From Candidatus Latescibacterota bacterium (GTDB lineage: Bacteria > Latescibacterota > UBA2968): a stretch of 64,000 nt of DNA. Location of the stretch: assembly GCA_965198115.1 (NCBI GenBank), contig OZ240241.1, positions 4,320,001 to 4,384,000 of the forward strand, read 5' to 3'. Position numbers and translations under genes: made by a program. Position 1 is the first letter of the stretch. Every line of letters begins with the position of its first letter. Positions 53,110 to 63,137 of this stretch are shown in pieces. The notes below the pieces were generated by a model. That model ran no database searches. It had not been told where the DNA came from and worked only from the letters and a program-made list of their open reading frames with translations.

Positions 53110-54617
53110 GCGCCCGCCCCCAGAATCCACGATCGAATCTCCAGGATCAGACCACGGTCCATTCGCGCGACGAGCAGGAAGTAGATCGATCCGCCGAGCG
53201 AGACCAGGAACAGCAGAAGATGAAGGGGGTCGATGGAGGACCCGACCACGCCAAATTGCGCGAACGCCACGACGATCCCCATGGCGCAGCTCATGAACAA
53301 GGGCTTCACGAGCATCGACACATACGCCCCGACCCCGAGCCCGATCAACCGTTTTAGAAGAAGCTGGCCCGCCAAAAACGCGCACCCGCTCGTCACCACG
53401 TAGGCGAGCGCGACCGCAGGCGGACCCCCCGAAGCGACTGCTGTAAACGCCGACGCATTGACCATAGCCAGAATCGCGTTCCACTTCAGCCCCAGGTCCG
53501 GGCGTCCTTTCGCCAGGAAGACGGAACCCAGGGGACTTCCCAGACTCTTGAACAGACCCACGGGGATGAGCAACTGAACAAGGGGGGCCGACGCGGACCA
53601 GCCTGGCCCCAGGAAGACCGGGACGAAGGTCGGGGCCGTCACGCCCAGACCGATGAGCGTCGGAAACCCGACAAGCCCGATCAACCGCGCGATCCAGATG
53701 TAGCCATCGCGCAGCACGGCGTTGTCGTTCTGCGCCCGGGAAAACACCGGGAAGGCCACACGCGTCAGAACCGGGCTTGCCTTCTGAATCGGCAGGATCA
53801 CTAGTTGATAGGCCGCGTAATAAATGCCGAGTGCGGCCGGACCCAGGTAGCTCCCGATGATCAGGTAATCCACGTTGGCCGCGAAGAAATTCACCGCCCG
53901 CTCGCCCGTCTGATACAACCCGAACGGCAGATAGCCCGAGAGATCCGATCGCCGGGCCCGCAAAGACGGGCGCCAGCTCGACCACACCGCAATCGACATT
54001 GCGAATGAGCGTGTCAACGCCCCGGCCAACAGCCCGAAAACGATGGCGTGGGCGTCGGCCCCGAACACGGCACACACGATCGTGACCGTCGATCCTACCG
54101 TCTGGATCCCCGACTCCAGGAGGGTCAGTCGCCGGAATCGCAACCCTCGCTGGAGAAGCGAGGCCGGGACGTGTCCCAGGGCGCCTGCCAGGAAGACCGG
54201 CGCAGCATCGCGGAGCAACACGCCCAGTTGCGGCGCCGCGACGGACGGGCCATCCCCGATCGAAAAGAGGGAGATCGACGACGGCAGCAGAACTCGGGCG
54301 ATCGAGGGAGCCAGCGCAAAGAAGACACCCGACAGAGCGGCACCCGTCCCCAGAACCAGCCAGAAGAGGCTGGAGATCGGACCGTCATCCCCATCCTGAC
54401 GTTGCACGATCGCGTGTGTGAGCCCCACGTCAGCGAAAGCCTGGGCAAAACCGACTGAAACGACGACCAGCCCCACGAGCCCGAAGGAAGCGGGGCTCAG
54501 GTAATGCGCGAGCACCGCCACCTGGACGAATTGGAGTGCAAGCGTGTAGACGGTCGTCGTACTCGACCATCGCGCCCCCGTTATCGCCGACCGCTTCAGA
54601 TCCAGACGCTCGCTCAC
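53106..54617 (-). CDS. wzx: Polysaccharide flippase (Wzx/WzxC, MOP family)
   Basis: LA..LSP..FGL, ADVGL..AIVQR, DYLIIG.YLG...LGIY; multi-TM. Confidence 0.9.
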   Translation of the reverse strand: MSERLDLKRSAITGARWSSTTTVYTLALQFVQVAVLAHYLSPASFGLVGLVVVSVGFAQAFADVGLTHAIVQRQDGDDGPISSLFWLVLGTGAALSGVFFALAPSIARVLLPSSISLFSIGDGPSVAAPQLGVLLRDAAPVFLAGALGHVPASLLQRGLRFRRLTLLESGIQTVGSTVTIVCAVFGADAHAIVFGLLAGALTRSFAMSIAVWSSWRPSLRARRSDLSGYLPFGLYQTGERAVNFFAANVDYLIIGSYLGPAALGIYYAAYQLVILPIQKASPVLTRVAFPVFSRAQNDNAVLRDGYIWIARLIGLVGFPTLIGLGVTAPTFVPVFLGPGWSASAPLVQLLIPVGLFKSLGSPLGSVFLAKGRPDLGLKWNAILAMVNASAFTAVASGGPPAVALAYVVTSGCAFLAGQLLLKRLIGLGVGAYVSMLVKPLFMSCAMGIVVAFAQFGVVGSSIDPLHLLLFLVSLGGSIYFLLVARMDRGLILEIRSWILGAGA

Positions 54618-54638
54618 GAATTCCTCACAACAGACCTA

Positions 54639-54781
54639 GCGGCGAAGCCGTCTCAAACTTCCGTCACTTGTCAATGGTCAAAGGTCACTGGTCACTCCGC
54701 CATCAGACACGCGGCGAAGCCATCCCAACTTTTGTCACCGGTCAATGGTCACTGGTCAATCCCCGCCGTCAATCCCCCGCT
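54639..54781. repeat. Duplicated unit GCGGCGAAGCC + heptamer (TGGTCAM) tandem repeats
   Basis: Two ~70-bp units, each with 4-5 GGTCA[CA]T heptamers. Confidence 0.75.
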
Positions 54782-54795
54782 CTCTGCCTCTGTCA

Positions 54796-56454
54796 TCAGT
54801 CTTCTGGCTTCCGCGCCACCATCAGATGGTTCCACGCATCCCCCTCGACGCGATGTAGGCCGTCGAGCCAGACGGAAACCGATTGAACCACCATCCAGAG
54901 CAGGGCAACGATCGGACGGACGGGGCCCCGGGCAAAGTGCTCCAGGTAGTAGCAGAAGCGCGCGCCCGTCGTGACCCAGTAACCGCCAAGGGGACACACG
55001 CGTTCGACGATCAGCCCTGCGCGTTCGGCCACGTACGTCAGCCCATACGGCGTGAATCGGAAGTAGTCGTGTGGCTCCTCGTGGATACCCCAAATAAGTG
55101 GCGCCGTGATGACGGCCCGCGCACCGGGCCTCATCACCCGAGCCATTTCGACCACGGCGTAGGCTGGTTCGGGAACGTGTTCCAGAACCTGATTCGAAAT
55201 CACCGTGTCGAACGAGTCCGAAACGAACGGCAAGGCCTTTCCGTCACCCTTCACCTCGGGGGGAAGGTCCGAGTAGCGACCCGGTTCACGCTCCAGCCCG
55301 ATGTAGTCCGTGACGCGCTCCTCGAACAGCGAGAGGTAGGGCCGCCGTCCACAACCGATGTCGAGCAGGCGCCCGTGAACCACGTCGCGCTCTGCCGCCA
55401 TCGCGCCGTGTGTCAGCCTCGTCACCAACCAGTTCTTCGAAAGCAAGCTCAATGGCCGGCCATCGATACCGTCGCCCTCCACGTCCACACGTCCAAGAAC
55501 GATCCCAAGTCCGATCATCGCCAGGACACATCCACCACCCAACACCCAGATGGAGAAGGCGGACAGATAGATCGTCCCCGTCGCCCCCAACGACAACAGG
55601 GCGCCGACGGCGCACAACAAAACGACGGCGCCCCGCACACCCATACCCGATGCGCAAAGCCTATGGGCAGGATGGTCGATCGACGGTCGCCACGGAACAC
55701 GCCCTTTGGCCGTCCGAACGACAATCAGAAAAATCGCCTCGAACATCGGCATACCCAGAATCAGGATGGGTGACACGACTCGTGAAGGGCCCGACAACCC
55801 GCCCACACACACCATCGCCAGCCCACCCAGATAGAAACCCACGAAGAGACTTCCCGTGTCGCCCGGGTAGATCCGCGCCGGGTGCCAGTTGTAGACCAGG
55901 AATCCGCCCAATGCGCCGGCCAATCCAACCGCCGGGAGCAGGAGGTCGGGAAGACCACCGACCCATCCAACCGCGAATAGACCCGCACACGCGACGATCC
56001 CGATACTCGACAGCAGCCCGTCCTCCATATCCAGCACATTGGTCGCGTGGGCCATCCAGACCAGCCAGAGCGTCGTCAACCCGCCGTCCAAAACGCCCGG
56101 CAGCAGGTCGAATCGCAGACCCAGCACCCAACCGTGCATCGCGGCCAGCGCCAGAAGAACCGTCTTGAGCACGGGTGACAGAGGACGGACGTCGTCGACG
56201 AAGCCGATCAAGGCAACCTCTGCGACGACGACAAGAAATCCCAGCGGAAGAGACGGGGCGAACAGCAGGTGGGCGACGAACATCGCGACGACGACGGCGA
56301 GGCCCCCCATGGCGGGAGGATCGGCGCGCGTTTCGGTCGGGGCGGAGAAGCGCTGCGCGGCCTTCCGAACCAGCGGTGTTAGGAGAAGAGAGAGGACGAA
56401 CGCGACGCCAAGGCTGGATGCCAGAATCGTGGCGCCGTGCGCAAGCGGCGGCAT
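54796..56454 (-). CDS. MraY/WecA-family phosphoglycosyl transferase fused to class I SAM methyltransferase
   Basis: GFVDD, NVLDMEDGL, RIYPGDTGS, DHPAHRL; then LLDIGCG, QVLEHV, HEEPHDYFRFT. Confidence 0.88.
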   Translation of the reverse strand: MPPLAHGATILASSLGVAFVLSLLLTPLVRKAAQRFSAPTETRADPPAMGGLAVVVAMFVAHLLFAPSLPLGFLVVVAEVALIGFVDDVRPLSPVLKTVLLALAAMHGWVLGLRFDLLPGVLDGGLTTLWLVWMAHATNVLDMEDGLLSSIGIVACAGLFAVGWVGGLPDLLLPAVGLAGALGGFLVYNWHPARIYPGDTGSLFVGFYLGGLAMVCVGGLSGPSRVVSPILILGMPMFEAIFLIVVRTAKGRVPWRPSIDHPAHRLCASGMGVRGAVVLLCAVGALLSLGATGTIYLSAFSIWVLGGGCVLAMIGLGIVLGRVDVEGDGIDGRPLSLLSKNWLVTRLTHGAMAAERDVVHGRLLDIGCGRRPYLSLFEERVTDYIGLEREPGRYSDLPPEVKGDGKALPFVSDSFDTVISNQVLEHVPEPAYAVVEMARVMRPGARAVITAPLIWGIHEEPHDYFRFTPYGLTYVAERAGLIVERVCPLGGYWVTTGARFCYYLEHFARGPVRPIVALLWMVVQSVSVWLDGLHRVEGDAWNHLMVARKPED

Positions 56455-57590
56455 CACGAACCCGATTGGGCCTCGTGTGGAAGGAACGATCGGACGGACT
56501 CGATCACGTGGTCGATGTCTTCGGTCCGCATGCCCGGGTGCATTGGAAGGGTGACGATGTCTTGCCACACCCGTTCGGTCACGGGCAACTCGCTTCGATA
56601 CGGTTCGTAGACCGTGTAGAGATGATTGGGCTTGTAGTGGACGCCAGCGTCGATTTCTTGTTCGGCCAAATGTTCGATCAGTCCGTCGCGGTCCTTTGCT
56701 CGGGCCACGAACATGTGGTGGGCGCTCCGCGCATAGTCCTTTTCACGCGGCATCTCGATCCACGAAAGGTCGGCAAAAGCCTTACGATATTGAGCCGCGA
56801 TTTCCCGCCGCGCGGTGTTCAGCGATTCGAGTTTAGCCAGCTGAATCAGACCGATGGCCGCCGTCAGATCGTTCATGTGGAACTTGTAGCCGACCTCCTC
56901 GATGTCGTATTCCCACGCGCGTGCACGCCCGTTCCGCCGGAACCGATCATACGTTCCACGCGTGATTCCCATCCATCTGAGATTCTTCAACCGCGTGGCG
57001 ATTCCTTCATCGTCCGTCGTGAGCATGCCGCCGTCGCCCGTCGTCATATTTTTCAGCGCCTGAAAGCTGAAGCACCCGACCGTCCCCAGGCTGCCGGCCA
57101 TCCGACCCTTGTAGCGGCTGCCGGCGGCGTGCGCGGCGTCCTCCACGATCGGGATGTTTCGTGCATTCGCGATCTCGGCGATCGGATCCATGTCGCACGG
57201 GTGGCCACTGTGGTGCATCACGACAATCGCCGCCGTCCGATCGGAGACCCTGGCTTCCACCGATTCGGGCGAAACGTTCAGCGTATCGGCATCGATGTCG
57301 CAAAAGACCGGGATCCCGTCGTTCTGAAGGATCGCGTGATTGGTCGACACGAACGTCATCGGTGTCGTGATCACCTCTCGACCGGCGACCTCCAATACCT
57401 TCATCGAAAGGAAGAGCGCCGAAGAGCACGAATTCAGACTCACGGCGAATCGAGTACCCAAGTATTCGGCAAAAGCTTTCTCGAAGGCTTCGACCTTGGT
57501 GCCGGGCCCGACCCAACCCGACTCCAGGACCTCGCGAATCGCTTCGACTTCCTCATCTCCGAAAAAGGGACGTAGAACAGGAATACTCAT
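56454..57590 (-). CDS. DegT/DnrJ/EryC1/StrS aminotransferase
   Basis: IVEDAAHA, CFSFQALKNMTTGDGG, GYKFHM, LPMHP. Confidence 0.96.
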   Translation of the reverse strand: MSIPVLRPFFGDEEVEAIREVLESGWVGPGTKVEAFEKAFAEYLGTRFAVSLNSCSSALFLSMKVLEVAGREVITTPMTFVSTNHAILQNDGIPVFCDIDADTLNVSPESVEARVSDRTAAIVVMHHSGHPCDMDPIAEIANARNIPIVEDAAHAAGSRYKGRMAGSLGTVGCFSFQALKNMTTGDGGMLTTDDEGIATRLKNLRWMGITRGTYDRFRRNGRARAWEYDIEEVGYKFHMNDLTAAIGLIQLAKLESLNTARREIAAQYRKAFADLSWIEMPREKDYARSAHHMFVARAKDRDGLIEHLAEQEIDAGVHYKPNHLYTVYEPYRSELPVTERVWQDIVTLPMHPGMRTEDIDHVIESVRSFLPHEAQSGS

Positions 57591-57599
57591 GGGATTCTC

Positions 57600-58571
57600 T
57601 CAGGTGGGCACCGGGCCGTCAGGCGGATACGCCCCGCTGAAATCATTCAGGAACGTCTTCCAGTAAGCCCGCAGCCGAACGGCCGCCTCCCGACGGTGGC
57701 TGGCGGAAAACACGAAAACGGCGCCCCACAGGCACGACCTCAGAGCCATCTCGAGGGGCGTCATAAAAACGAGAAGACTCGCCAGAATGACCCCTATGTG
57801 TTTTCTCGTGAAATAGCGGTAGCTGACCTCACTCGCCAGCAACATGTGCTCGAGCGCCTGCCGGGAACTCTCGCCCCCCACGTGCCGACCCGACGCCTCC
57901 GGCAGGAAGCAGACGCTCCAACCGGCCTTGCCCAGACGCTCGCAGAGATCGAGATCCTCAAAATACATAAAAATGGCCTCGTCGAATCCGCCAACCGACT
58001 CCAGAGCGGATCGCCGGGCCACCGTGCACGCCCCCGTCACCCACGCCACTTTTGTGGGTTCGGCAGGCCGTAACAGGCGGAAGTTAAAGAACGGAAATAC
58101 CAGATGCAAAAGGAATTTACGTCCAATCGCATCCCACAGACCAGGGCGAAGTCCGCACGATCCCGGCTCTTCCCCTGTCGAATCCAGGAGCCGTGGACCG
58201 ACCAGCCCGCAGTCCGACTCCGATGCCAGAAAGGCAGCCATCCGGCCGATCGCATCGGGCTCCACCTCCACATCGGGGTTCAGGATGGCCACATACTCCG
58301 ATCTGGCTTCCCGAAACCCACGATTCGCACCTCCCCCGTAGCCCAGGTTCGAACCCGTCTGGATCACCCGCACACGCTCCGAATCCTCGATAGAAGAGAC
58401 GCTGTCATCGGACGAGGCATTGTCTACGACGAGAATCTCCGCAATCGATGCATTTCCGCTGTTCTGGATGGCCTCGACGGACCGTCGAAGGTGCGAGCCA
58501 CCGTTCCAGTTGACGATCACGACTGACACGGTCACCGATGGAGCGTTCATCAGGGGCTCGAGGGCCGTCAC
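57600..58571 (-). CDS. Glycosyltransferase family 2
   Basis: VVIVNWN, VVDNASSD, NLGYGGGAN, LNPD, GGFDE..FMYFEDLD. Confidence 0.94.
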   Translation of the reverse strand: MTALEPLMNAPSVTVSVVIVNWNGGSHLRRSVEAIQNSGNASIAEILVVDNASSDDSVSSIEDSERVRVIQTGSNLGYGGGANRGFREARSEYVAILNPDVEVEPDAIGRMAAFLASESDCGLVGPRLLDSTGEEPGSCGLRPGLWDAIGRKFLLHLVFPFFNFRLLRPAEPTKVAWVTGACTVARRSALESVGGFDEAIFMYFEDLDLCERLGKAGWSVCFLPEASGRHVGGESSRQALEHMLLASEVSYRYFTRKHIGVILASLLVFMTPLEMALRSCLWGAVFVFSASHRREAAVRLRAYWKTFLNDFSGAYPPDGPVPT

Positions 58572-59986
58572 GCCTTGGCCTCCTCGACGTCCGACTGCTC
58601 CGCGACCAGTCGACCGACGATCGACAGAAACACAGCGTGGATGAAAACGATTCGATTCGTAACCATCGTCGCATCGGCCATTCCGTAGACCAGAAGCCCA
58701 CAGTAGACGGTAATGAACGAAGCCAGGAGCAGACGATGGTCCGCCGAGACGTCCTGGCGAAAACGTCGGAGCGCAAGCCAGAGCGCTTTCCCGTAGAGCC
58801 ACAGGAAGACGCCGATCCCGATCACCCCCATCCGCAGTCCGAGCGTCAGGTAGAGGTTGTCGACCGCTCCGGTAGTTAGAATGTGCGGCACGGCCGCGTC
58901 CAGAATCGGAATCGATACCGTGGCTCCGTGGCCGCCTCCTAGAAGCGGTCGTTCCTGCATGGCCTCGAGAACCAGCCCGTAGGAGATCAGACGCGAGGAA
59001 ATCGTCCAATCTTCCTGATTGACCGCCCGCTCGACCTTGCGATAGGCTGCTCCCGACACACCTGCACTCGTGACCGTCTCGAAGACGACGCCCATGCCCA
59101 GAATCAGGGCCGGCATCGCGACGAGCAGGACGAACCGTCTGGTTCTCCCCCGCCGACCTCGGTCCAGTACGACGAGGAGTGCGAGGGCCGCAAGTCCGGC
59201 CGCCGTTCCGATCCACATACCACGTCCAACGGTCAGCACGAGCGCTAGAGCCAGAGGTATCAGAGCGATTCCGCTCAGCACGCGCCGATGTGTGCGTGGC
59301 TCGAACATCCACACCGTCGCGACCAGCAGCGTCCCGATCGGGAGCATCAGCCCCTCGATGCGCGCGATTCGCACGAAGGAGCCCGAGATCGAAAGGTTCA
59401 CGACACCCAAAAATTCGAACAGATACTCGACGCCGACGATCGCCGACGTGCCCACCAGAAGCGGCACCCAGTCGGAAAAACGACGTGCGTCTAAAAAACC
59501 CGTACCCACGTAGAACAATCCGAAGTAGAGCGGGTAGCGGACGTTTCGTAGCATGTGGGACGTCGACTGACCGTAGGCCAATCCCAACCCGCAGGATAAG
59601 ATCACCAGCACGAGAAACACGGCGACGGGGAAGTCGAGCGGAGTCCGGAAACCTGAACGACGTCCTGAGATCCAGCTGATCGTCGCCAGGATGACGATCA
59701 GGACGTAAAGCGCCTCCACGAAATGGACGTTCTCGGGAAGTCGAAGATACTCGTCGAAAAACGCGCTCGGAAGAATCACCGGGATCGTACACAGGTAGAA
59801 GAGAGCGGTCGTCAGCGACCCAAACACGGCCGCGAACGAGAAAACCGCGAGAACGACGATCGGGGGTCCGATCCATCCGAACTTCAGAACGGGCAGCACG
59901 ATCAACGTCACGTGCGCGGCACACACGGCCGCGAGCAGCCGCCGACTTCCGGGGTGGAGCAGAACGTTCGCGTAGCCCTCGCTCAC
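58568..59986 (-). CDS. O-antigen ligase/polymerase (Wzy_C) family protein
   Basis: Multi-TM; LT.GRGMWIG, SR...., RPLLGGGHG, DNLYL...G.IG. Confidence 0.85.
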   Translation of the reverse strand: MSEGYANVLLHPGSRRLLAAVCAAHVTLIVLPVLKFGWIGPPIVVLAVFSFAAVFGSLTTALFYLCTIPVILPSAFFDEYLRLPENVHFVEALYVLIVILATISWISGRRSGFRTPLDFPVAVFLVLVILSCGLGLAYGQSTSHMLRNVRYPLYFGLFYVGTGFLDARRFSDWVPLLVGTSAIVGVEYLFEFLGVVNLSISGSFVRIARIEGLMLPIGTLLVATVWMFEPRTHRRVLSGIALIPLALALVLTVGRGMWIGTAAGLAALALLVVLDRGRRGRTRRFVLLVAMPALILGMGVVFETVTSAGVSGAAYRKVERAVNQEDWTISSRLISYGLVLEAMQERPLLGGGHGATVSIPILDAAVPHILTTGAVDNLYLTLGLRMGVIGIGVFLWLYGKALWLALRRFRQDVSADHRLLLASFITVYCGLLVYGMADATMVTNRIVFIHAVFLSIVGRLVAEQSDVEEAKA

Positions 59987-61593
59987 TTTCCGGCTCCCAG
60001 CGCTTCTGGCTTTTCCGACCCGACGATCGCCCGCATTCGCTCGTAGTACGGACTTCTCTTCCGAAGGGCGATGCCAAAGTGTGTGCCGATCGTATCCGGT
60101 CCAAAGACCGCGTAGTTCTCGTACAACCGTCCATCTGCCTCGAGCGCGCGATTCATCGCCCGGTAATGGGGGTGTGGAAGGTAAATCAGATCGGGATCCC
60201 GTTCGAAAAGGCGATCCGCGCTGAAGCCCTCGAGCGCGAAGGTCCTGTCATTCAGCCCCGCCATATCGACAATCCGCTTGTTCGGATTGAGAGCCACCAG
60301 CAAACCGATCTCCGTCGCAGCGATCACCAAATCGTCTGGAAGTTTCGAAAAGTGATCCAGCGCGAACCACCGTTCCGTCAGCGAGGTCGTCCGATAAGTG
60401 AAGACGAGGTCGAACGTTCCGACCTCTCCCGACCGGATCCCTTTCCGCAGCGCTTTGGCCGAAGCCACCGCCGTCGGCGAAAGGACCGCGATCACCAGAC
60501 ACATCGCCACAACAGGCAGACGGCCACGGACGCCCAGCAGGGCGTCCTCCACACGCATCGGCAGTCTTGCAACCGCTCCGGCACACAGGAAGATCAGGGC
60601 GGGCACAACCGGATGGAAAAAACGCTCCTTGTAGGGCATGATCGGCAGCGTCATAAACAGATGGTAGAACAGATAAAGCACCGTCGCCCCCATCACGCCG
60701 CGTTCGACGGCCATCTCCCGCCCCTTCCAGCGCGACCCGAAGAGACACAGATCGACCGCGATCGGCACGATCAGAAGCCAGTAGCCACTCACGAAGTCAA
60801 TGAACTCTGCGAACGCGACGTGCCCGTATTCCGCCGCAAAGCCCGCTCCGTATCCGTTGACGCTTTTGGCATAAAACGACAGCGGCAACGGCGTGCCCAA
60901 AAGACGCCAGGCCAAAAATGCATGAAGCACGTAGATGCCGATCGTGCCGATCAGGACATTCCGCCACCGCCCGGCCATCTCGACCGACCCGAAAACCACC
61001 GCAGAGAGAGGCACCAGGACTGTGAAAAGACCGAGCTCGGGACGAACGGCCAGCGCGGCACCACCCACGACGGCTGTGAGCCACACCCCCACGCCAACCC
61101 GCTCGCTCTTCATCATCCGGGTGGCCAGGAGAAACGCCGCCAGGTAAGCCATGGCCAGCGTCGTGTCCATCCCCGTCGTAAAATGGGCGGCCAGCGAATC
61201 GGACCACACTGCCAGCCCGGTCAGCGTCACGACCACGGGCGCGACGCCGCATCGCCCTGCGTGTTCGTAGGCCAGCCACGACGCAGCCACCAGAAACAGA
61301 ACACCACAGAACAGGCTCGTCAGCTGAACGGCTAAGGCGGGTGTCCCGACGAACATCCGAAACAGCATCACGACGCCGACGTAAGCGAGAGAGGTCGGCC
61401 CGTAGACAGGTTCCCCGCCTCGATTCCAGACCATCCCCTCTCCGGCCAGAACGTGATCCGCATAGCGCAGGAACATAAGACTGTCGTCCAGGGCGTAACG
61501 CGCCGCCCACTGCGTGCCCACAGCCATCACCAAAACCAGAAAGGGCAGCACGAGACAGACCGTCGCTGACACACGATGGATCGTACGGTTCAC
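59983..61593 (-). CDS. GT-C-fold membrane glycosyltransferase-like protein
   Basis: DDSLMFLRYA....G.G.VWN..E.V.G.TS, GMDT, RPE, PLP.SFYAK, DMAGLND. Confidence 0.75.
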   Translation of the reverse strand: MNRTIHRVSATVCLVLPFLVLVMAVGTQWAARYALDDSLMFLRYADHVLAGEGMVWNRGGEPVYGPTSLAYVGVVMLFRMFVGTPALAVQLTSLFCGVLFLVAASWLAYEHAGRCGVAPVVVTLTGLAVWSDSLAAHFTTGMDTTLAMAYLAAFLLATRMMKSERVGVGVWLTAVVGGAALAVRPELGLFTVLVPLSAVVFGSVEMAGRWRNVLIGTIGIYVLHAFLAWRLLGTPLPLSFYAKSVNGYGAGFAAEYGHVAFAEFIDFVSGYWLLIVPIAVDLCLFGSRWKGREMAVERGVMGATVLYLFYHLFMTLPIMPYKERFFHPVVPALIFLCAGAVARLPMRVEDALLGVRGRLPVVAMCLVIAVLSPTAVASAKALRKGIRSGEVGTFDLVFTYRTTSLTERWFALDHFSKLPDDLVIAATEIGLLVALNPNKRIVDMAGLNDRTFALEGFSADRLFERDPDLIYLPHPHYRAMNRALEADGRLYENYAVFGPDTIGTHFGIALRKRSPYYERMRAIVGSEKPEALGAGK

Positions 61594-62798
61594 GCTCGAG
61601 CATCTCCGTCGGCGAGTTCGTGCCATCGTGTTCGGATCCTGGCCCACAGAGACGTGGCGACTCTGATCCCACGATCGCCGGCGGGCACGAGCAAGGCCAC
61701 ATCGACCGGCAGCCGGAATCGTGCCTCAGCATACAACACCGCGTGGACGATCGAGAACGCCACCGCCATCGTCAGTGCGAGCCACCCGATCGGTGCCCGC
61801 CGATGACCGATCGCGCCCACGAGACCCAGCACCACAACGGGCACGACCACCGCGAGCGCGAGCAAGTTCGCGCCACGACTGCTTCCCGCGGGAAAAGGGT
61901 TCCACAGATGGAAAAGCTTCTGCAAACCCAGGCGGAGCGATCGTAGCGGGTCCTCGAACATCCATCCGGCGACCCGAGAAAAAACCTGTCGGTCTCGATC
62001 CACGTAGTTTTCCGTATCGTCCGACAGCCGGACGAATAGACCCAGGTAGTTCTGCGCCTCGCTGTATCGCCCATTCGCCTGAGATTCGTGCCCGATCAGC
62101 AGGTCCAACCCCGCCCTTTGGGCGACCGGAACCAGCCGATCCGTCACGATGTGGTTTCGAATCGTCCAGGGAAGAATGACCAGCAGCATCGCACACACCA
62201 CTTTGGACAACGGACCCCAGATTGGCCGACCACATCGGTGGATCAGCATTCCCAGCACGAGCGGCACCCACGCCAGAACGACCTGGGAGCACAGCACGGC
62301 AAGACCCAGAGAGGCACCCAGGGCGAACCCTCTACCGTGAGTGGGACGTTCCACGAACGTCACAGCGAGCAGAACGGAAATCGCCACGAGCAGGACGAGC
62401 AACGTGTCCGACGTCAGCATCCCCGCCTGAAAAACGAACAGGGGGTGGGCGGCGCAAAACGTCGCGGCCACCAGACCCGCGCGCTCACCCAGGCTGCGCT
62501 GACCGATCGAGAAAGCGATCAGACACGTCACACTACCCAGAATCGCCTGAACGATGCGGATGGCCATCGCACTCGTCCCCGACGCCAAATAGACCGCAGC
62601 CATCAGAAACGGATACAGCGGCGGGCGAGGGCCGATGTTGTCTGGCGTGAGCAGCCCCGAAGACTCGAAAACGAGCGCCGCATTCTCCCATTCGGCCTCT
62701 TCGGCTACACCCGGCCATCGGTCGCGATCGATTCCGACCACGACACGCACGGTCAGCGCAAACAGAAAAATGACGGCAAGGTTGCGGGAAAGGTGCAT
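61590..62798 (-). CDS. ArnT/PMT (GT39/GT83-like) family glycosyltransferase
   Basis: RPPLYPFLMA, RIVQA.LG, ILPWTIRN, ARFRLP; multi-TM. Confidence 0.85.
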   Translation of the reverse strand: MHLSRNLAVIFLFALTVRVVVGIDRDRWPGVAEEAEWENAALVFESSGLLTPDNIGPRPPLYPFLMAAVYLASGTSAMAIRIVQAILGSVTCLIAFSIGQRSLGERAGLVAATFCAAHPLFVFQAGMLTSDTLLVLLVAISVLLAVTFVERPTHGRGFALGASLGLAVLCSQVVLAWVPLVLGMLIHRCGRPIWGPLSKVVCAMLLVILPWTIRNHIVTDRLVPVAQRAGLDLLIGHESQANGRYSEAQNYLGLFVRLSDDTENYVDRDRQVFSRVAGWMFEDPLRSLRLGLQKLFHLWNPFPAGSSRGANLLALAVVVPVVVLGLVGAIGHRRAPIGWLALTMAVAFSIVHAVLYAEARFRLPVDVALLVPAGDRGIRVATSLWARIRTRWHELADGDARA

Positions 62799-62965
62799 CG
62801 GGACAGGCTCTTCCTCGTCGGAACACACTGTGTTTTCCACACTTACAGCACTCGTCCGAAAATACGGTTCCACAGAGCTCCGCCAAAGGGAATTATTCGG
62901 GAGCACGCCGAATCGATCCCCTCCGTCGCGGAGCACGGCGATCGTGCGATTCCAGAACAGACAGC

Positions 62966-62994
62966 TTGACTTGCCGACATAGGCCCGCTACCTT
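62966..62994 (+). promoter_or_regulatory. sigma70-type promoter of the pduL-BMC operon
   Basis: TTGACT-N17-TACCTT. Confidence 0.65.
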
Positions 62995-63075
62995 CGTCCC
63001 CCGCTCGGCGATGCCGGGCGACCTCTCCCCGTATCACACGATGCGACTCTCCTCCAGTCGCTCGGGTTGTCCGTC

Positions 63076-63094
63076 GTTTCGGGTAACCCGAAAC
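63076..63094. promoter_or_regulatory. Perfect 9-1-9 palindrome, candidate operator
   Basis: GTTTCGGGT-A-ACCCGAAAC between promoter and pduL. Confidence 0.45.
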
Positions 63095-63137
63095 CCAATA
63101 CCATTTCTCCCAGACGTCGTTCGCTCGGCAAACATCG

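Noticed and set aside
62980-63000. AAGGTAGCGGG as an ops/JUMPstart element for the glycan operon
   Set aside because: Poor match to GGCGGTAGnnTG and coincides with the reverse complement of the pduL -10 box
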